From assembly GCA_951406725.2 (NCBI GenBank), contig OX597816.1:77190001-77254000 (forward strand): 64,000 nt of DNA, written 5' to 3'. This stretch comes from Octopus vulgaris (lineage: Eukaryota). Shown here piece after piece: positions 1 through 13,700 of the stretch. Within the stretch, counting starts at the first letter, position 1. The number at the start of each line of letters is the position of its first letter. The notes beneath the pieces are model-generated. The model did no database searches. It was given only the letters and a program-made list of their open reading frames with translations, and was not told the origin of the DNA. The translations under genes were made by a program, and so were the position numbers.

Positions 1-72
1 TACTCGTCTCAGGAATTGAAGCCACGACCTTGCGATCGTGAGTGCAACACCCTAACCACTAAGCCACGCGCA
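1..72 (-). mobile_element. tRNA-derived SINE head (truncated by window edge)
   Basis: Reverse complement reads CGCGTGGCTTAGTGGTTAGGGTGTTG...GGCTTCAATTCC (pol III A/B-box-like) with imperfect cloverleaf; a similar head lies at ~9055-9120 (+). Confidence 0.55.
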
Positions 73-1039
73 TCCACATTTATAATACATATACACACAA
101 AAAAAATTGCAAATTAAATTGCACACCAAATACAATCGCACATACATTCACAACATGCACACTCATACACTCATATTAAGTCTTACACACTTTTCATTCT
201 CGAGTCAAAACACCATTATCTAAATTATCGCACCTCACGCACAAAAAGGCAATTTAAATTGCTCATGCATACACACAAAGCGACACAACCACATATTGCA
301 CTCCTGGCATATACGAATACACACACGAATACATCTACATTAGTTTGAGACGCACGTTCGTATGCCGTTATTCATATACAAATAGACATCCACCACACAT
401 ACAGATATATATACTAACACATAGACCCAACCAAATACGCACAAGCGCACCCCATTACATTTTCTATGCAAAGACACAGCAAAGACGGTAAACAACACAC
501 ACATACGTGTGTTGTAGGTCGTCTTTAAATGTTATATACAGAAACTAGCATTCAATCTTATCGTTTATCGTCAGCTCGGTAGTTAATCCATAACGTCTGA
601 GTTGATAGAGTTAGTAAAAAGTTGTATTTTTAGATTTTTATGTAAGTATTAGTTTTACAGTTGGAAAAAAAAACATTAAAGTTTTCTCTGTTAGATTCAT
701 ACAAATGTTTAACTTTGTCCAAAAGGATAGTTTTTGTTTCTTGTTTAATTTGTAAGTTTTCTTTTTAAATTCTTTAAATCTACTGAAATCTGTTGGTCGT
801 TCTTTTGAACTTCGTTGTTATCGAACTGGAAGTTCCCAATCGAATAGCTAGAATAGTTTGTTTTGAGGCGGATATTTCTGAGTCTTGAAACAGAACTTGT
901 GCTTAGGTAAATTCGGGTCAACGTTATCAAAGAACACTTTTTTATGCATTCTTTTTATAAATTCTCAAGATTTTTTGGATTAACTATTTTATGTAGTGAT
1001 TATTCAGCAAAATGATGTAGATTCGTTAATCTTTCTAAT

Positions 1040-1325
1040 TTTAGCACAAGACCAGCTATTTCGAGGGGAAGAGCAAATCGATTACATCGATCCCATTACT
1101 TGACCAATACTTTATTTTATCGACCCAAAAAGAATTATAGGTAAAATTGACCTCGGCGGAATTTGAACTCGATACATAAAGAATCGGAAGAAATGCCACT
1201 AAGCATTATGTTCAACGCGCTAAGGATTCTGGCAACTCGCTACCCTAATATGTAAAATAATAATCCTTCCCACTATAGGCAAAACGGCTGAAATTTGATG
1301 GGCGAGGAGGGCTAATCGATTACAG
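1040..1325 (-). mobile_element. tRNA-derived SINE copy (same family as 48001-48393)
   Basis: Shares GACCTCGGCGGAATTTGAACTC (B-box antisense) and TTTATCGACCC core with other copies in the window. Confidence 0.65.
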
Positions 1326-1829
1326 AGGGAGACAGACAGACAGACAACGAATTCTGACTTCAAACCTCTGCTGCTTTGCAGAACTATCCACCTACTGGAA
1401 AGATTTTGAGGGTAAGCCCTGAGAAAAATCCTTAAAGCTGACCGACATTGTTCTCGCAACTGCTTCCACGCTGGCGCTAAGTTATACTGGCCCTTAACCT
1501 TCTTTTGGACAACAGTGGTGTGGGAACGAGAGAGCTGCAACACAGGCAACTGGTGGTCTCCCAAACTAATCCTGCCCAGGCCTGACTCTTTGCGCTCTGA
1601 AATACATTCGGATCGTTTTTATTATATTTCATTTTTTACTTGTTTCAATCATTCTACTGCGGACCATCACCTTGAGGAGTTTTAGTTCACAGGTGATCTG
1701 GGAGTATCCCAGAAACTGCTGTAAGACTGAATTGTTTTCCAATAATGATATTTTATACCACTTGAGATGTTTGGCTTGCTTTAATGTTTGTTGTCCTCTT
1801 TAACAGTTATATATATATATATATATAAA

Positions 1830-2530
1830 ATAGTAAAAAGTGAAAAACTACAGAAGGCTTGTTTTATAAGGTTAAAGAATATATTTGAGTCATTATGTTG
1901 GAAGAATGTTATAAAAATTTTTTCATACAGTAACAGAGTTTTTGAAGAAATTACCGGTTTTGTGTTAACTTTTCAAATTTCTCAAGTGTTTTTACCTACA
2001 TCGTGTTATGTCTTCGTTATGAAGTGCAAAGAAGAGTTCCAGGTAGGGGGAGGTAATAAGCGATTTCTTCCGGTATAAGGGAGATAATCGCTTTATATTT
2101 CTTTTCCCTTTATTTAATGGGGTGAGTTTCTCTGTATAAGAATGTTAGAGTGGTTAAGTTTGGGTTTATATTTTTCAATGAAGAATGTTTCCTTGTTTAA
2201 TCTAATTTGTGTTGGTGTTCCAATGGCACACTGATAGAATGGAAAGATTAAAAATTGTGGTAGTAGTTGCTTTGCGCATTTCTCAATATGCTCACTAAAG
2301 GGTATCATTCTGTATTCTGGGAATGCAATCTGTTGTCGATGCAGAGTGCATCTACGTCTGAATGATAGTCCCGTGGATCCCACGTAGTTTTGGTGGCTGC
2401 CCGAGCACCTTATGACATAAATTATGTTTTCAGAAGCACAAGTAAAATTAGATTTGATCTTGAATTTTTGTCCCTCTTTGAAGAGGAATTCTGATCCTTC
2501 TAGAAGGTTGCGCAACATGCCCAAACCTTC
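1830..2530 (-). mobile_element. Penelope-like retroelement 3' fragment, GIY-YIG endonuclease domain
   Basis: ORF 2114..2710 contains IIYVIRCSGSHQNYVGSTG...RIRLNKE-like TQIRLNKETFFIEKYKPKLN, clearly homologous to the 31823..32794 ORF; 3' end abuts (TA)n at ~1808-1827. Confidence 0.85.
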
Positions 2531-3685
2531 TAAAAAAAGCTCCACGAGGCTCCGGCAGATGGTGGTGGTGACCTCTGTTGTACTCTTTCGCCACAACTTT
2601 CTCTCACTGTCTCTTCCTGCTTCTTGAGTAACGTTGCGATGGACTGGCGTCCCGTCCAGCTGGGGGGAACAAATACGCCACGGAAACCGGGAAACCAGGT
2701 CCATGAGCATAGCTAGACTTGAAAAGGGCGACGTTTATGAAATAAACCTAATTTTTGTACTCCTAGAAATTCATACTTAGCTTATATATAACAGTATAGT
2801 CACTTATAATAAATACCGGTATCTTCACTTATAATAAACTGTTTAGATTATAATTTAGTTAATATTATAGTTAGCATGTTCTTTCGACTCATTACTCCTT
2901 TATTAAATACCAGTAAATGCCAAAAATCAATCTTCACATATACCATCTAATAAGTTAATATTTTAAGTATATAATATGAATAGATATTAAACTATTTCTA
3001 TGAAATTTCTTTCCTCACTCTATTGTACTCAAAAGTATTTGAAAATGTTATCCTTTTGGTTATAATATTCTTCTTAATAATCAATTTTAACTTTATATAA
3101 TATAGCAACATTGTTTAAAGTATTCAACAATAGTACCCCATGATAAAATTTTCCCCTGTAATCTTGCCCCTTTAATTGATAACTAACATTTTGATTTAAG
3201 ATTTTCCTTTACCAAATCTCATTATATAGCTTCAAATTAATCTTGATAGTTTTATGACTATATCCACTATGATTTCAGTCAACTCACTCAGCCCCTTTCC
3301 TAACTGACACTGCTCATTGTTCCTTCGCCTTAGATTTTGATATACAAAGATTTGATAAACAAGACTATAAATTATAACTGACGCCAAAGAACAGAGACAA
3401 TCTAGATCTCTAAGAAGTTTTTTTTCCTGATATCTTAGTAGCTTCTAAGCTGAAGTGAAGACAACATGATCTTTGTATATCTCCTTACCTTCTTGGAGGT
3501 TTTAGGTAAAATTATACTAATGTGTCCATCTGTTTTAATTTAATTTAGTTCTATGCACTTATACAGCTGAGGATTGGTCTCTTTTTAAATTGATGTAATG
3601 GTTCCATTGTTCTATTAAATGGAGTCGCTTGAAACGATCGTATTGCATTACCTGTGAATATCCTGTTGCTCATTTTGATTTTAAT

Positions 3686-3820
3686 CACATATACATATAC
3701 ATACACACATACATATATACATACATACATATACATGCATATATACACATACATAAATACATACACATATACACATACATATATACATACACATATACTT
3801 ATATACATACACATATACAC

Positions 3821-3851
<31 letters not shown>

Positions 3852-3893
3852 CATATATATACATATACACATATACATATATATACATATATG

Positions 3894-3931
<38 letters not shown>

Positions 3932-4126
3932 CACATATATACATATATGTATGTATATATATATATACATATACACATATATACATATATATGTATATAT
4001 ATATATATACATATACATACACATATACATATATATATATATGTATGTATATATATATACACATATATACATACACATATATACATATATATGTATGTAT
4101 ATATATATACACATATATACATACAC

Positions 4127-4157
<31 letters not shown>

Positions 4158-4338
4158 CACATATATACATACACATATATATATACATATACACATATAT
4201 ATATATACATATATATACATATACACATATATATACATATATATACATATACACATATATATATATATATACATACATATACACATATATATACATATAT
4301 ATACATATACACATATATATATACATATATATACATAT

Positions 4339-4403
<65 letters not shown>
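3686..4403. repeat. Compound (TA)n/(CATA)n/(CA)n microsatellite, ~720 bp
   Basis: Seen directly; source of the Y/I/H/T-rich spurious ORFs. Confidence 0.98.
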
Positions 4404-4404
4404 C

Positions 4405-4780
4405 TCTTTTACTTGTTTCATTCAGTCATTTAACTGCGGCCATGCTGGATCACCGCCTTTAGTCGAGCAAATCTACCCCAAAACTTAATCTTTGTAAGCC
4501 TAGTACTTATTCTATCGGCCTCTTTTGCCGAACTGCTAAGTTACGGGGACATAAACACACCAGCATCGGTTATCAAGCGATGTTGGGGGAGAAAAAAAAA
4601 CATATACACACACATAAATATACAACGGGCTTCTTCCAGTTTCCGTCTACCAAATCCACTCACAAGGCTTTGGTCGGCCCGAGGTTATAGTAGAAGACAC
4701 TTGCCCAAGGTGCCACGCAGTGGGATTGAATTCGGGACCATGTGGTTGGTAAGCAAGCTACTTACCACACAGCCACTCCT
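4405..4780 (-). mobile_element. SINE (tRNA-like head at ~4700-4780, tail running into the microsatellite)
   Basis: Reverse complement head AGGAGTGGCTGTGTGGTAAGTAGCTTGCTTACCAACCACATGGTCCCGAATTCAATCCCACTGCG; partial copies at ~6140-6240, ~30620-30740, ~46270-46500, ~55150-55290. Confidence 0.75.
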
Positions 4781-4920
4781 ACATATATATATATACATAC
4801 ATCTTGATAATTACGATGCGCACATATATTCTATCTCTTTTCTGTCTATCTCCCTCTTGTTCTTCCTTTCTGTTTTTCTCTCCCACTCTTTCCCTATTCT
4901 TCTCCTCTCCCCTTCACCGT

Positions 4921-4954
<34 letters not shown>

Positions 4955-5902
4955 TTCTTGACTCTTTCGTTGCTCACATGTGACCAACGACCATTCTTTC
5001 TTCCACGTCCTTCCTAAAGACAAGACATGCTGTTATCTGTCTCTTCTCAAAGCTCGTTTTTCCAGCGTTCACCACTTCACATTGTCTTGACTTAACAACC
5101 CTCACCGTTTGTTTTTACTGTTTTTTTCTCACTGTCTTGTTTTTGTTACCACTTTCACCCTCCGCAAAAAACCCAAATTTTATTTAATTTGCTTTGCGGG
5201 AAGGACTGTTTTAACGAAGTGGCATCTTGTCCTTACCTTCGAACGTGGAGTAGATAAAACAGGGGACATCAGATGAAGGGAATGTTCTTTACGTTGTATG
5301 TCTCGTTTCTGTTTCTTTTTTTTCGTTGTTCGAAAAAAAAGTTCGTTTTCTATGTTTTTGTTTTTTATGTTCTCGTTTCTCATTCTGTCTAAGTTTTTTG
5401 CTGTCCTGTACCCCTATATGCATGTATACGTACATATACTATTTATATTATATATATATACATAAATATATAAACATATATACACATACATATATATATA
5501 TATATGAATTTCAATAACTACATCATTGTTTATCATGGGTCGATTTCTATGAGAATTTTGATGGCTCACCAGGCCTGATTGACTCAAACACCTCCGCCCA
5601 CAAACCACACACATCATAAGCAATACTCTCACTTTCCACAGGTTTCCCCCTTCAAGTCCCCCCCTAATTCTCTCATACTTCAGCCTCTCCCTCTCAAACC
5701 TTGAACAACCATCATGCACTATCTTCCTCCATTACTAGCTGCAATTCCTGTCTGTATTAGAGCATTTTTAAGGCAATCCTTAAATCTTTTTTAGGCTTAT
5801 GCGCTGGTCTCCTCTTCCAGCTCACAATAGATTCAGATGGCTGGTCCCAACTTATATTACAGAGCAGTTATTGTTTATACCTCGCTTAGAGATTTATTAT
5901 TG

Positions 5903-5936
<34 letters not shown>

Positions 5937-5945
5937 ATATACATC

Positions 5946-5992
<47 letters not shown>

Positions 5993-6006
5993 ATATACAT
6001 GCATAC

Positions 6007-6038
<32 letters not shown>

Positions 6039-6052
6039 ATATACATGCATAC

Positions 6053-6086
<34 letters not shown>

Positions 6087-6137
6087 ATATACATGCATAC
6101 ATATATATATATATATATATACATACATGTATACATA
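5903..6137. repeat. Compound (TA)n/(CATA)n microsatellite
   Basis: Seen directly. Confidence 0.95.
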
Positions 6138-6636
6138 CAGGCTTCCTATCAAAACATCTCATGAGCCTTTGTTCAACCTAGGCCTATAGTAGAATACACT
6201 TGTCCTAAGTGCCACACAGTGGGAAGGAACTGGAAACTAATAGCTAGAAGTAGTAACATTATTATGACTAGGTTAATTGTGACACTAGGTGTCACATCAA
6301 CAGGTCATTTGCCAGCTTTGTTCCTTGAAAGACATTTGGATTAAGAGGTCTGACTTAAAAACCAGGTAAAAGTTAGTGTCTGGAAGAGCATCTAGCTTCA
6401 AAACAATGCCTCAATAATATATTGATCTAACTCATGCTAGCATAGAAAAACAGATTTAAAAAACAAATGGACAAACGAATTTACAATTTCTGTTACATCA
6501 AACACAGAGGAAGGAAAAATAGAGAAACGGAGGCAGGCAGGCAGGCAGACAGACATACAAACATGGACATAGATGTACAAAATGAAAATTATAACAAGAA
6601 TAAAATGCTATTAAAACTGAAAAACTGAATTAAGAA

Positions 6637-6655
6637 TTTATTGAAATATTTTATT
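6637..6655 (-). terminator. Candidate polyadenylation signals of SERINC (two AATAAA)
   Basis: TTTATT at 6637-6642 and 6650-6655 on +, followed on the minus strand by a U-rich tract; ~1.25 kb past the stop. AT-rich background makes this tentative. Confidence 0.45.
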
Positions 6656-7888
6656 ATAAATTAAAATTGGCAGGTTTACTACAAATAGTTAAAACAAAAA
6701 AATAAGAAAACATTAATTATAATAGTAATTCATGAAAATTTTATGTGGTGTTTCACTCATTAACTTTAGAATTTCACATTCATAGATACTTTTAAATTTG
6801 ATAAAATAAATTCACATTTAATTAGTCATTGTGTTTGGCATTGGAACAAAGCTATTATTTCTTTTTATTATTATTATTTTTCTGCAGAGAGGAACACAGT
6901 CAATTTACTTGACTTCCAATATTTGACAGGGACTTATTTTTATCAATCCTGAATGAAAGGCAAAGCCAACTTCCAGCAGAAAATGAACTGAAAACAAAGG
7001 GACATAAATACCAGCAGGCATTCATTCCAGTGCTCGACCAATTCCGCCATTCACCACCATGTTAGTAGTAAGAATAGCAAATGGCTCCTGATATGAGCAG
7101 AAGACCATAATTATTTTTCATTGGAAGGGTGTAATCAATTAAACCAAACCAGCTATTTTTATTCACCCCAGAGGGATGAAGGGCAACACTGACCCAGTTG
7201 CAATTTAACTTGAAGAAACTGCAAGCAACAAGTCTGAATGTAAAATAATTGCATTTCAATATTGATTTGTCACTAATAACAAAAATGATAATTCTATATT
7301 TAAAGAAAAAATTTGTAAAGGAAACAGAAATTGTGAACATTGTTTTGGGGCAGGTTTTTAATCAGTGAAAGGTATCACAATATCAAAGATGATAGCAAAA
7401 TTCCACAGGAGAGTATGACAACATTAGTATAGTAGGCATTGCGATGCAAAGAGGAGAAACAGGGAATATATGTCATAATTTCTGCAACATAATACACTCA
7501 CACATACATACACACTTTCATAAATATATATATCATCATCGATGATGATATACATATATATACATACACAGGCAAACTTATGTATGCATATATATATATA
7601 TGTACATACATATATAGATATATACATACACATGCAAACTTATGTGTGCATATATATATATATACTTACACAACCATACATAAATGCACACACACACACA
7701 CACACACACAAACAACTTTTCACTCATCCATTCACATATATATATATAAACTACGAAAATATATGAAGAGCATTAGTTGTCAAGAAAGTCATGCTACAGA
7801 TTAATAAGAAGTCTTTCTGAAGCATTGGTCAAGAAACAACATTGTTGTACCAACCGATACCTCACTTTGAGTATATTTTTTTTTCCCT

Positions 7889-8027
7889 TTAAGTAAAATC
7901 TCTGTTTCTCAGTATAATTGGTGCAACCAAGGTCCACACATATAAAGCCAGAGCAAGCCAACAGGAGATAATTTTCACCCACATTGATGCAAGGTTGGAA
8001 TTTAAGGTTTTCAAATCTGAGCTTGGT
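7889..8027 (-). CDS. SERINC: SERINC exon 12 (terminal coding exon)
   Basis: tttctatttgtag|A CCA AGC...; [45 protein letters not shown]; TAA at 7889-7891. Confidence 0.95.
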
Positions 8028-10742
8028 CTACAAATAGAAACAAAAGAAACAGAGGAAAGAAAATTATAACAGTGTCTATAGTTTTAAGAACACGAAAATG
8101 AAAACTGACAATGAAACACCTCTTTCCTTTTTTCAGTCTGGGATGCATATAGTTACTATATGTAATTGTATTATGTAACATAATAGAGCTACAGAATACC
8201 ACAAAAATTATATAATATGGATGAACACACACACATATATATATATATCATCATCATTTGACGTTGGTTGTCCATACTAGCATGGGTTTGACCAGAGCTG
8301 GCAGGCTTCACAAGACTCCAGTCTGATTTGGTATGGTTTCTATAGTGGGATGCCCTTCCTAAAGCCAGCCACTCAGAGTGTAATGAGTGCTTTTACATGC
8401 CACAAGTATGGGTGCCATTTGTGTGACACCAGTATCTGCTATAACTGTGATTCTGCTCAGCTTAGTGGGTCTTCTTCTCAAGCAAGACATAATGCCAAAG
8501 GTCTCGGTCATTACCTTCATGGAGTCAAACACCTGAAAGGAGCTCAATCACTTTGCCTCCATGAGGCCTAATGCTCAAAAGGTGCACTTTATGTGCCACT
8601 GGCATGAGTGCCAGTAAACGTGACACCAGCATCAGCCATGACTAAGATTTCACTTGGCTTGACGGGTCCTCTCAAGCACAGCACATCGCCAAAGGTCTTA
8701 GTCACTAGTCATTGCTTCAAAGATCATGCTTCACCACCTCATCCCATATCTTCCTGGTGCTACCTCTACCACAAATTCCCTCCACAGAGATCAGCACTCC
8801 TTTACACAGCTGTCCTCGTCCATACGCATCACATTTTTCATTTAGCTGATTTCATGTGAAGAAGTGTTAGTGACAACTTCAAGTACACACACATTACACT
8901 TTCCAGCCATCAATTCTATTCACAAGGCACTGATTGAGTGAAGTCAAAAGAAGACACTTGCCCAGGATGTTGCAGACTAAAACTGTACCTCACACACAAA
9001 CAGAAACAATTACACACAGAAACACACACACACGTGTGTATGTATGTATGTAAAGGCACATGGCTACGTGGTTAGAGTGTTAGGCTTACAATTGTGACAT
9101 AGTTAGTTCGATTCACATTGCTCCAGTTTACTCAGCTATAGAAATGAGTTGCAATATGACTGGTGCCAAGCTGTATCAGTCTTTGCCTTTCCCTTGGATA
9201 ACATGCTGGTATGCATGGGTGACTGCTGGTCATAAAATCCCTGTCAAAACAAACACAGTAGCCTAGGGTAGTTTTTCTACCTGGCCAGCACCTGTCAATC
9301 AACCTACTCATGCAAGCATGGAAGATGGACGTTTAGCTATATATATATATATATATATATATAGCTAAACCATGTTAGAGTTGTTATTACCTTTTCACTT
9401 TTATTCCTCCAATGATGTTGTACGGTAGGGGATGTTTTTAATGATTTGGATATTTACAAATACATTGGGCTGAATGTTCTTCCTGTTGCTAACACTCAGC
9501 CAAAATACAGGTGGCCTTATGAAGTTATGTACCTTGTCTAAGTAAACAGCATCTACCTAGCTTACATAATAAGAAAGAAGAAGCAAAGTGGCTGCGGTAA
9601 GGTTTTGAACTGGCAACCAATGTAATCAGTTGTCAATCTGGAATGTTTAAACAGTGGTGGCAGGTGTGTTTCTAATTAATTAATTAATGAAATTATCAAA
9701 GAGCATACTAACCTAAACCAGTTGGTGAGAGTCATCATGACATAGAGGGAGGCTAGGCAGAACATGAAGTGAAAGAAAGAGTAGCTGTAAGCAACCTCTT
9801 CATCCTCGTTGTCCCAGACATTCTGTCCACTTTTTCCAGTTTCACCATCTTCAGATTTAGTGGAACCTAAAGGAAATAAAAGATAAATTGTTAAAAACAT
9901 GGTAGAAAAGAAAAGCAGCTCACACCACCTGGTTATTGCCTTGGTACAAAATGAAACAAAAAAAAAGAAAAGTCATTATCAATTTGCATTACATTGACAT
10001 TAAAAATCAAATTATCCACTTCCTTATTAGCTTCAGATTACAACCGAGACTGTTTACATTTTACAAATTGTTGCCATTTCAACCAAACACTGCAACATTT
10101 CAATTTTTCGTACCACAAAATACCAGTCTGCAACATAATTGCATTTTTAAGAGTTTTATTTATTTTTTTTTTATAGATAATTTTTATTTTAAGTTTTGTA
10201 AATTCCATCTCCCACTAACAAAAAAAAAGGTAATAAAAAGTTTCAAATTTTACACAGTGTAATTTAATGTCCCATTGGTTGACTGGTGACAACAAATTCC
10301 TAATAAGGCTTATTCAGAAATACAATAGCTACAAACGTTATTCTTAGGTCAAAGAAAGAATTTAAATCTATTCAAAGAATTAGGTTATTTCGCAAGTGAT
10401 TTAGAAACGTCATTATCTTTTAAAATTTATTTCTTCAAAATTACAGAATTACAATGTTCATTCATAGTTGATTTGAGAAATCAATATCTTTCTGTGATTA
10501 AACAAGTAAGGAATTATAGAATTTCAAAATAGTAACACTGGGTTCAATGTTATTATTGACAACTCAATAGTAACATTGAGTCCAAGGGAAATAATTGTAG
10601 TGATAATTATTACTTTTTATTTGTATTTTTAAATCTAAAAACAAAAAATATGAAAAGAGAAACTAGTAAAAAGAAAACCTGGGAGCAGTGCAGTTTATAG
10701 AAAAGTTTAAACGTGTAGTAAGGGGTGTGTAAAAAGAATAAT

Positions 10743-10784
<42 letters not shown>

Positions 10785-13700
10785 TATATAAGCAGCAATA
10801 ATGCAGCTTTGTGAAATGGGGAATAAATTAAATGAAGTAACTAGAATTAAATCATGCAGATATTAAGTGCCAATTCAAGTGAAAGTAGTTAATTGAAGCT
10901 TTGCATAATTAGATTAATAAACTAATTTTGCAAAATTATACATTTAAAATTCTATAATCTATTATTCACTTCACAAAAAGACATTTTTATCATGTATAAT
11001 CTCATTAGTGAAGTACAGACTATATACTAATCATGAACTGCTAGAGTTCTTTACTTTCATAGAAATAACAGCAAATCTCTATCATAAAAGGAAGGCCATG
11101 TTGAATAATGTGTAAGATAAACTCTTAGAAAAAATCATAGGTCTACTCAATTAGTGCTGGCCCTAAACAATAACTGATATTTACTTCTACTATATGGATA
11201 ACTGTTTAATTTACTATAATTACATATGTAAAAATCTTTAAGAAGCCTTACTTAATATTTTGATAATCATCATCATTTAATATCTATTTTCTATATAATA
11301 TCTATGTAAACATTGCAGACTGTAATTCAATATAATACGCTTTGTTTCCATTTATACAATGTGTATACTTATAAGAATATATTACTATTCTATAGCAGAG
11401 TAAAAGCTTAAGAGCTTGAGTAGGGATTATAAGTTTTTTTTATTAGCTTCTACACTTAACCAACTACTCAACTTAACACCACTGTCTGGCTCTTTGTTAA
11501 CCTTAGCCAATTCATTGTTGCAAGGTGAGCATCAACCACATCATCTTCATCAGTCTGAGAAGCCCTACAAAGGATAAGGACTCTGTTGCACCTCACTTGA
11601 CTTATAAAAAATAATGCATAACATCCTATTTACAAAGTAATTCTAAGGATGAGTGTTTGCAGGCAATAAACCAAATTAACTAAGCTTTTTTTTTTTAAAT
11701 AATCTACATATTTATTTCTATATAATAAACAGAAAATTTTGGTGTATTTCTTTGACAAGGTGGTGCCCCAGCATGGCTGCAGCCTTTGGGCTAAAACATA
11801 TTTAAGGATTTAAGGTACAAAGTCTATATTTACAATGATTTAGATAACATTGATTGCATCTAACCCTGCATATTACTGGTACTTATTTCCTTGCTTATGA
11901 AGGGGTGGATGGCTACAGCATGTCTGCCAATCACTTCTCTGATAAATCTAAAATGTTAAAATATATCTAAAGAAATCAGTATCAGTGTTACCTATATAGA
12001 AAGGATTATTCTCACACTGATATTGCTCATGTCAGCTGGAGTAATGTGAATGCCTTTGGTAGAAATTGATAAATATATATCCACAATGAACAACAGAAAT
12101 AACATAGAAAACTGTTAGCAGATTTATGATCAAAAATGTTCAGTTATGACCAACTTAGCTTTTTCTCAAACAAAGTGTATTTAAGATCATATTATCCAAT
12201 ATGTACTTCCAATTTTTAAGACGATAAGATGTGATTAGAGGAAAATTTCATTTATGTTTCTATTAGTTTATTTTGTAACAGTTTAAAAGTTCTAGTGAAG
12301 CCACTAATCTATAATATCAAAAACAATCATAACTCTAATATGTAAAAACTAAGGACGTTGTTTACCAATATCAAATTCTAAAAATAAAAAATTTCCAACA
12401 CAAAAGTGTAATATAATAATAAAAAAGAAAGAAACCAAAAAAAATATTCATTGAAATAAAATACACTTTTTTTTTCTCAAAATGACCCGTTGTCTCAGAT
12501 AAGCCCACCTGAGAAGGTCAAGAGAAATCTGAACTAAAATTAAAAAATGAAAACATATTTTACTTTATAACATATAAGTTAAGAATAATTGAATTTTGAA
12601 AACATTTAGAGCATGTTGATTGAAACTATTTCAATATTAACAGACAAGCATATCAGTTGTTAGCATTAATTGCTAATGATGTAGAGAACAACAATCTTAA
12701 ACGACAACATAGAGCATAATAGCTTGGCAAAATCATGTTGGCTGTTTAAAGAAACATTGCATTCATTTCTTCATTTTAAACTTTTACAAGCCAAATAAAT
12801 GCAACAGCAAAAGAAGACTACATTTCTTCAATTATACAATAATATTGTATATATATTATCATACATTCAAAAGAGAAGAGAAACATTTATTGTATGAAAA
12901 ATAATTATGACCCTGGATCTCTAGCTAAAAAAATTCAGTCTCATTGAATAATGTCTCATGCAAAAATTATGTACAAATAAAGTCAATTTTACAATAAACT
13001 AACTAATAGGTATATTGCTACAAACACAAATTGAACAACTGAATAAACATAACATTTCCATCGTACAACCACCACCTTAACTTCTGCTTACTGAAATAAC
13101 AGTAAACAAGATTCAAAAACAACTGCAGTTTTACGTCTAAGATTTCACCCAAAATTATTCATAGACTATTATTATTGCCCCTTAGTTTCAACACTATATA
13201 TTATTAAGTACAATTCAGCACATACAGGACACAGTTTAGCACATTATTTATTCAGAGTGCTATAAACAATTCTGAGATACATATTTTTAATGGTAAATGT
13301 TCTAAAAGCTAAGCCCTAATTTTCTAATTTTAAGAAAAACGTTTCTTTTTTTTTTTTTTTCAAATAAAACCTTGAATTAATGAATTTTCATGTATAATAA
13401 ATGTCAAATATTAGTTTTTAAAAACTTTTTAAGTAAGTAACTTTAATGAAATGACCAAGCAATGACTAAAACAACTGTACTGCCACCTCAATTCTATGTC
13501 TAAGTCTAATGCTAATTTTATTCAAAGGGAAACAACTTTTCACAGTTCTGATATAATAAACCCTTGGCACACCACAACGAAAAAAATTTTTTTCTTCTCT
13601 ACGGCAACTAGCTAGCAAAAGTTAGAAACTAGTCAAAACATTTGTTAATATGCAGGTGACATGTGAAAGCATTAGACAATAATTGAATATATGGGTTGGA

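Noticed and set aside
3551-4488. Six long overlapping ORFs (181-279 aa) rich in Y/I/H/T/M/C/V
   Set aside because: Translations of a (TA)/(CA) microsatellite that lacks stop codons; the same applies to 5799-6181, 7424-7804, 15617-16111, 58568-58859 and 62939-63166.
11991-12035. Possible exon CTGACATGAGCAATATCAGT|gtgaga and a ctatatag|gtaac site
   Set aside because: 20 nt is not frame-preserving, the longer form ends in TAG, and the acceptor is weak.
12509-12533. 25-nt AG..GT unit with a good pyrimidine tract in intron 10
   Set aside because: Not a multiple of 3 and weak donor (gtgggc); in frame only if paired with the 53-nt candidate, which is too speculative.
13076-13090. 15-nt symmetric AG..GT unit
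   Set aside because: Contains an in-frame TAA in phase 1 and has a weak donor (gtggtg).
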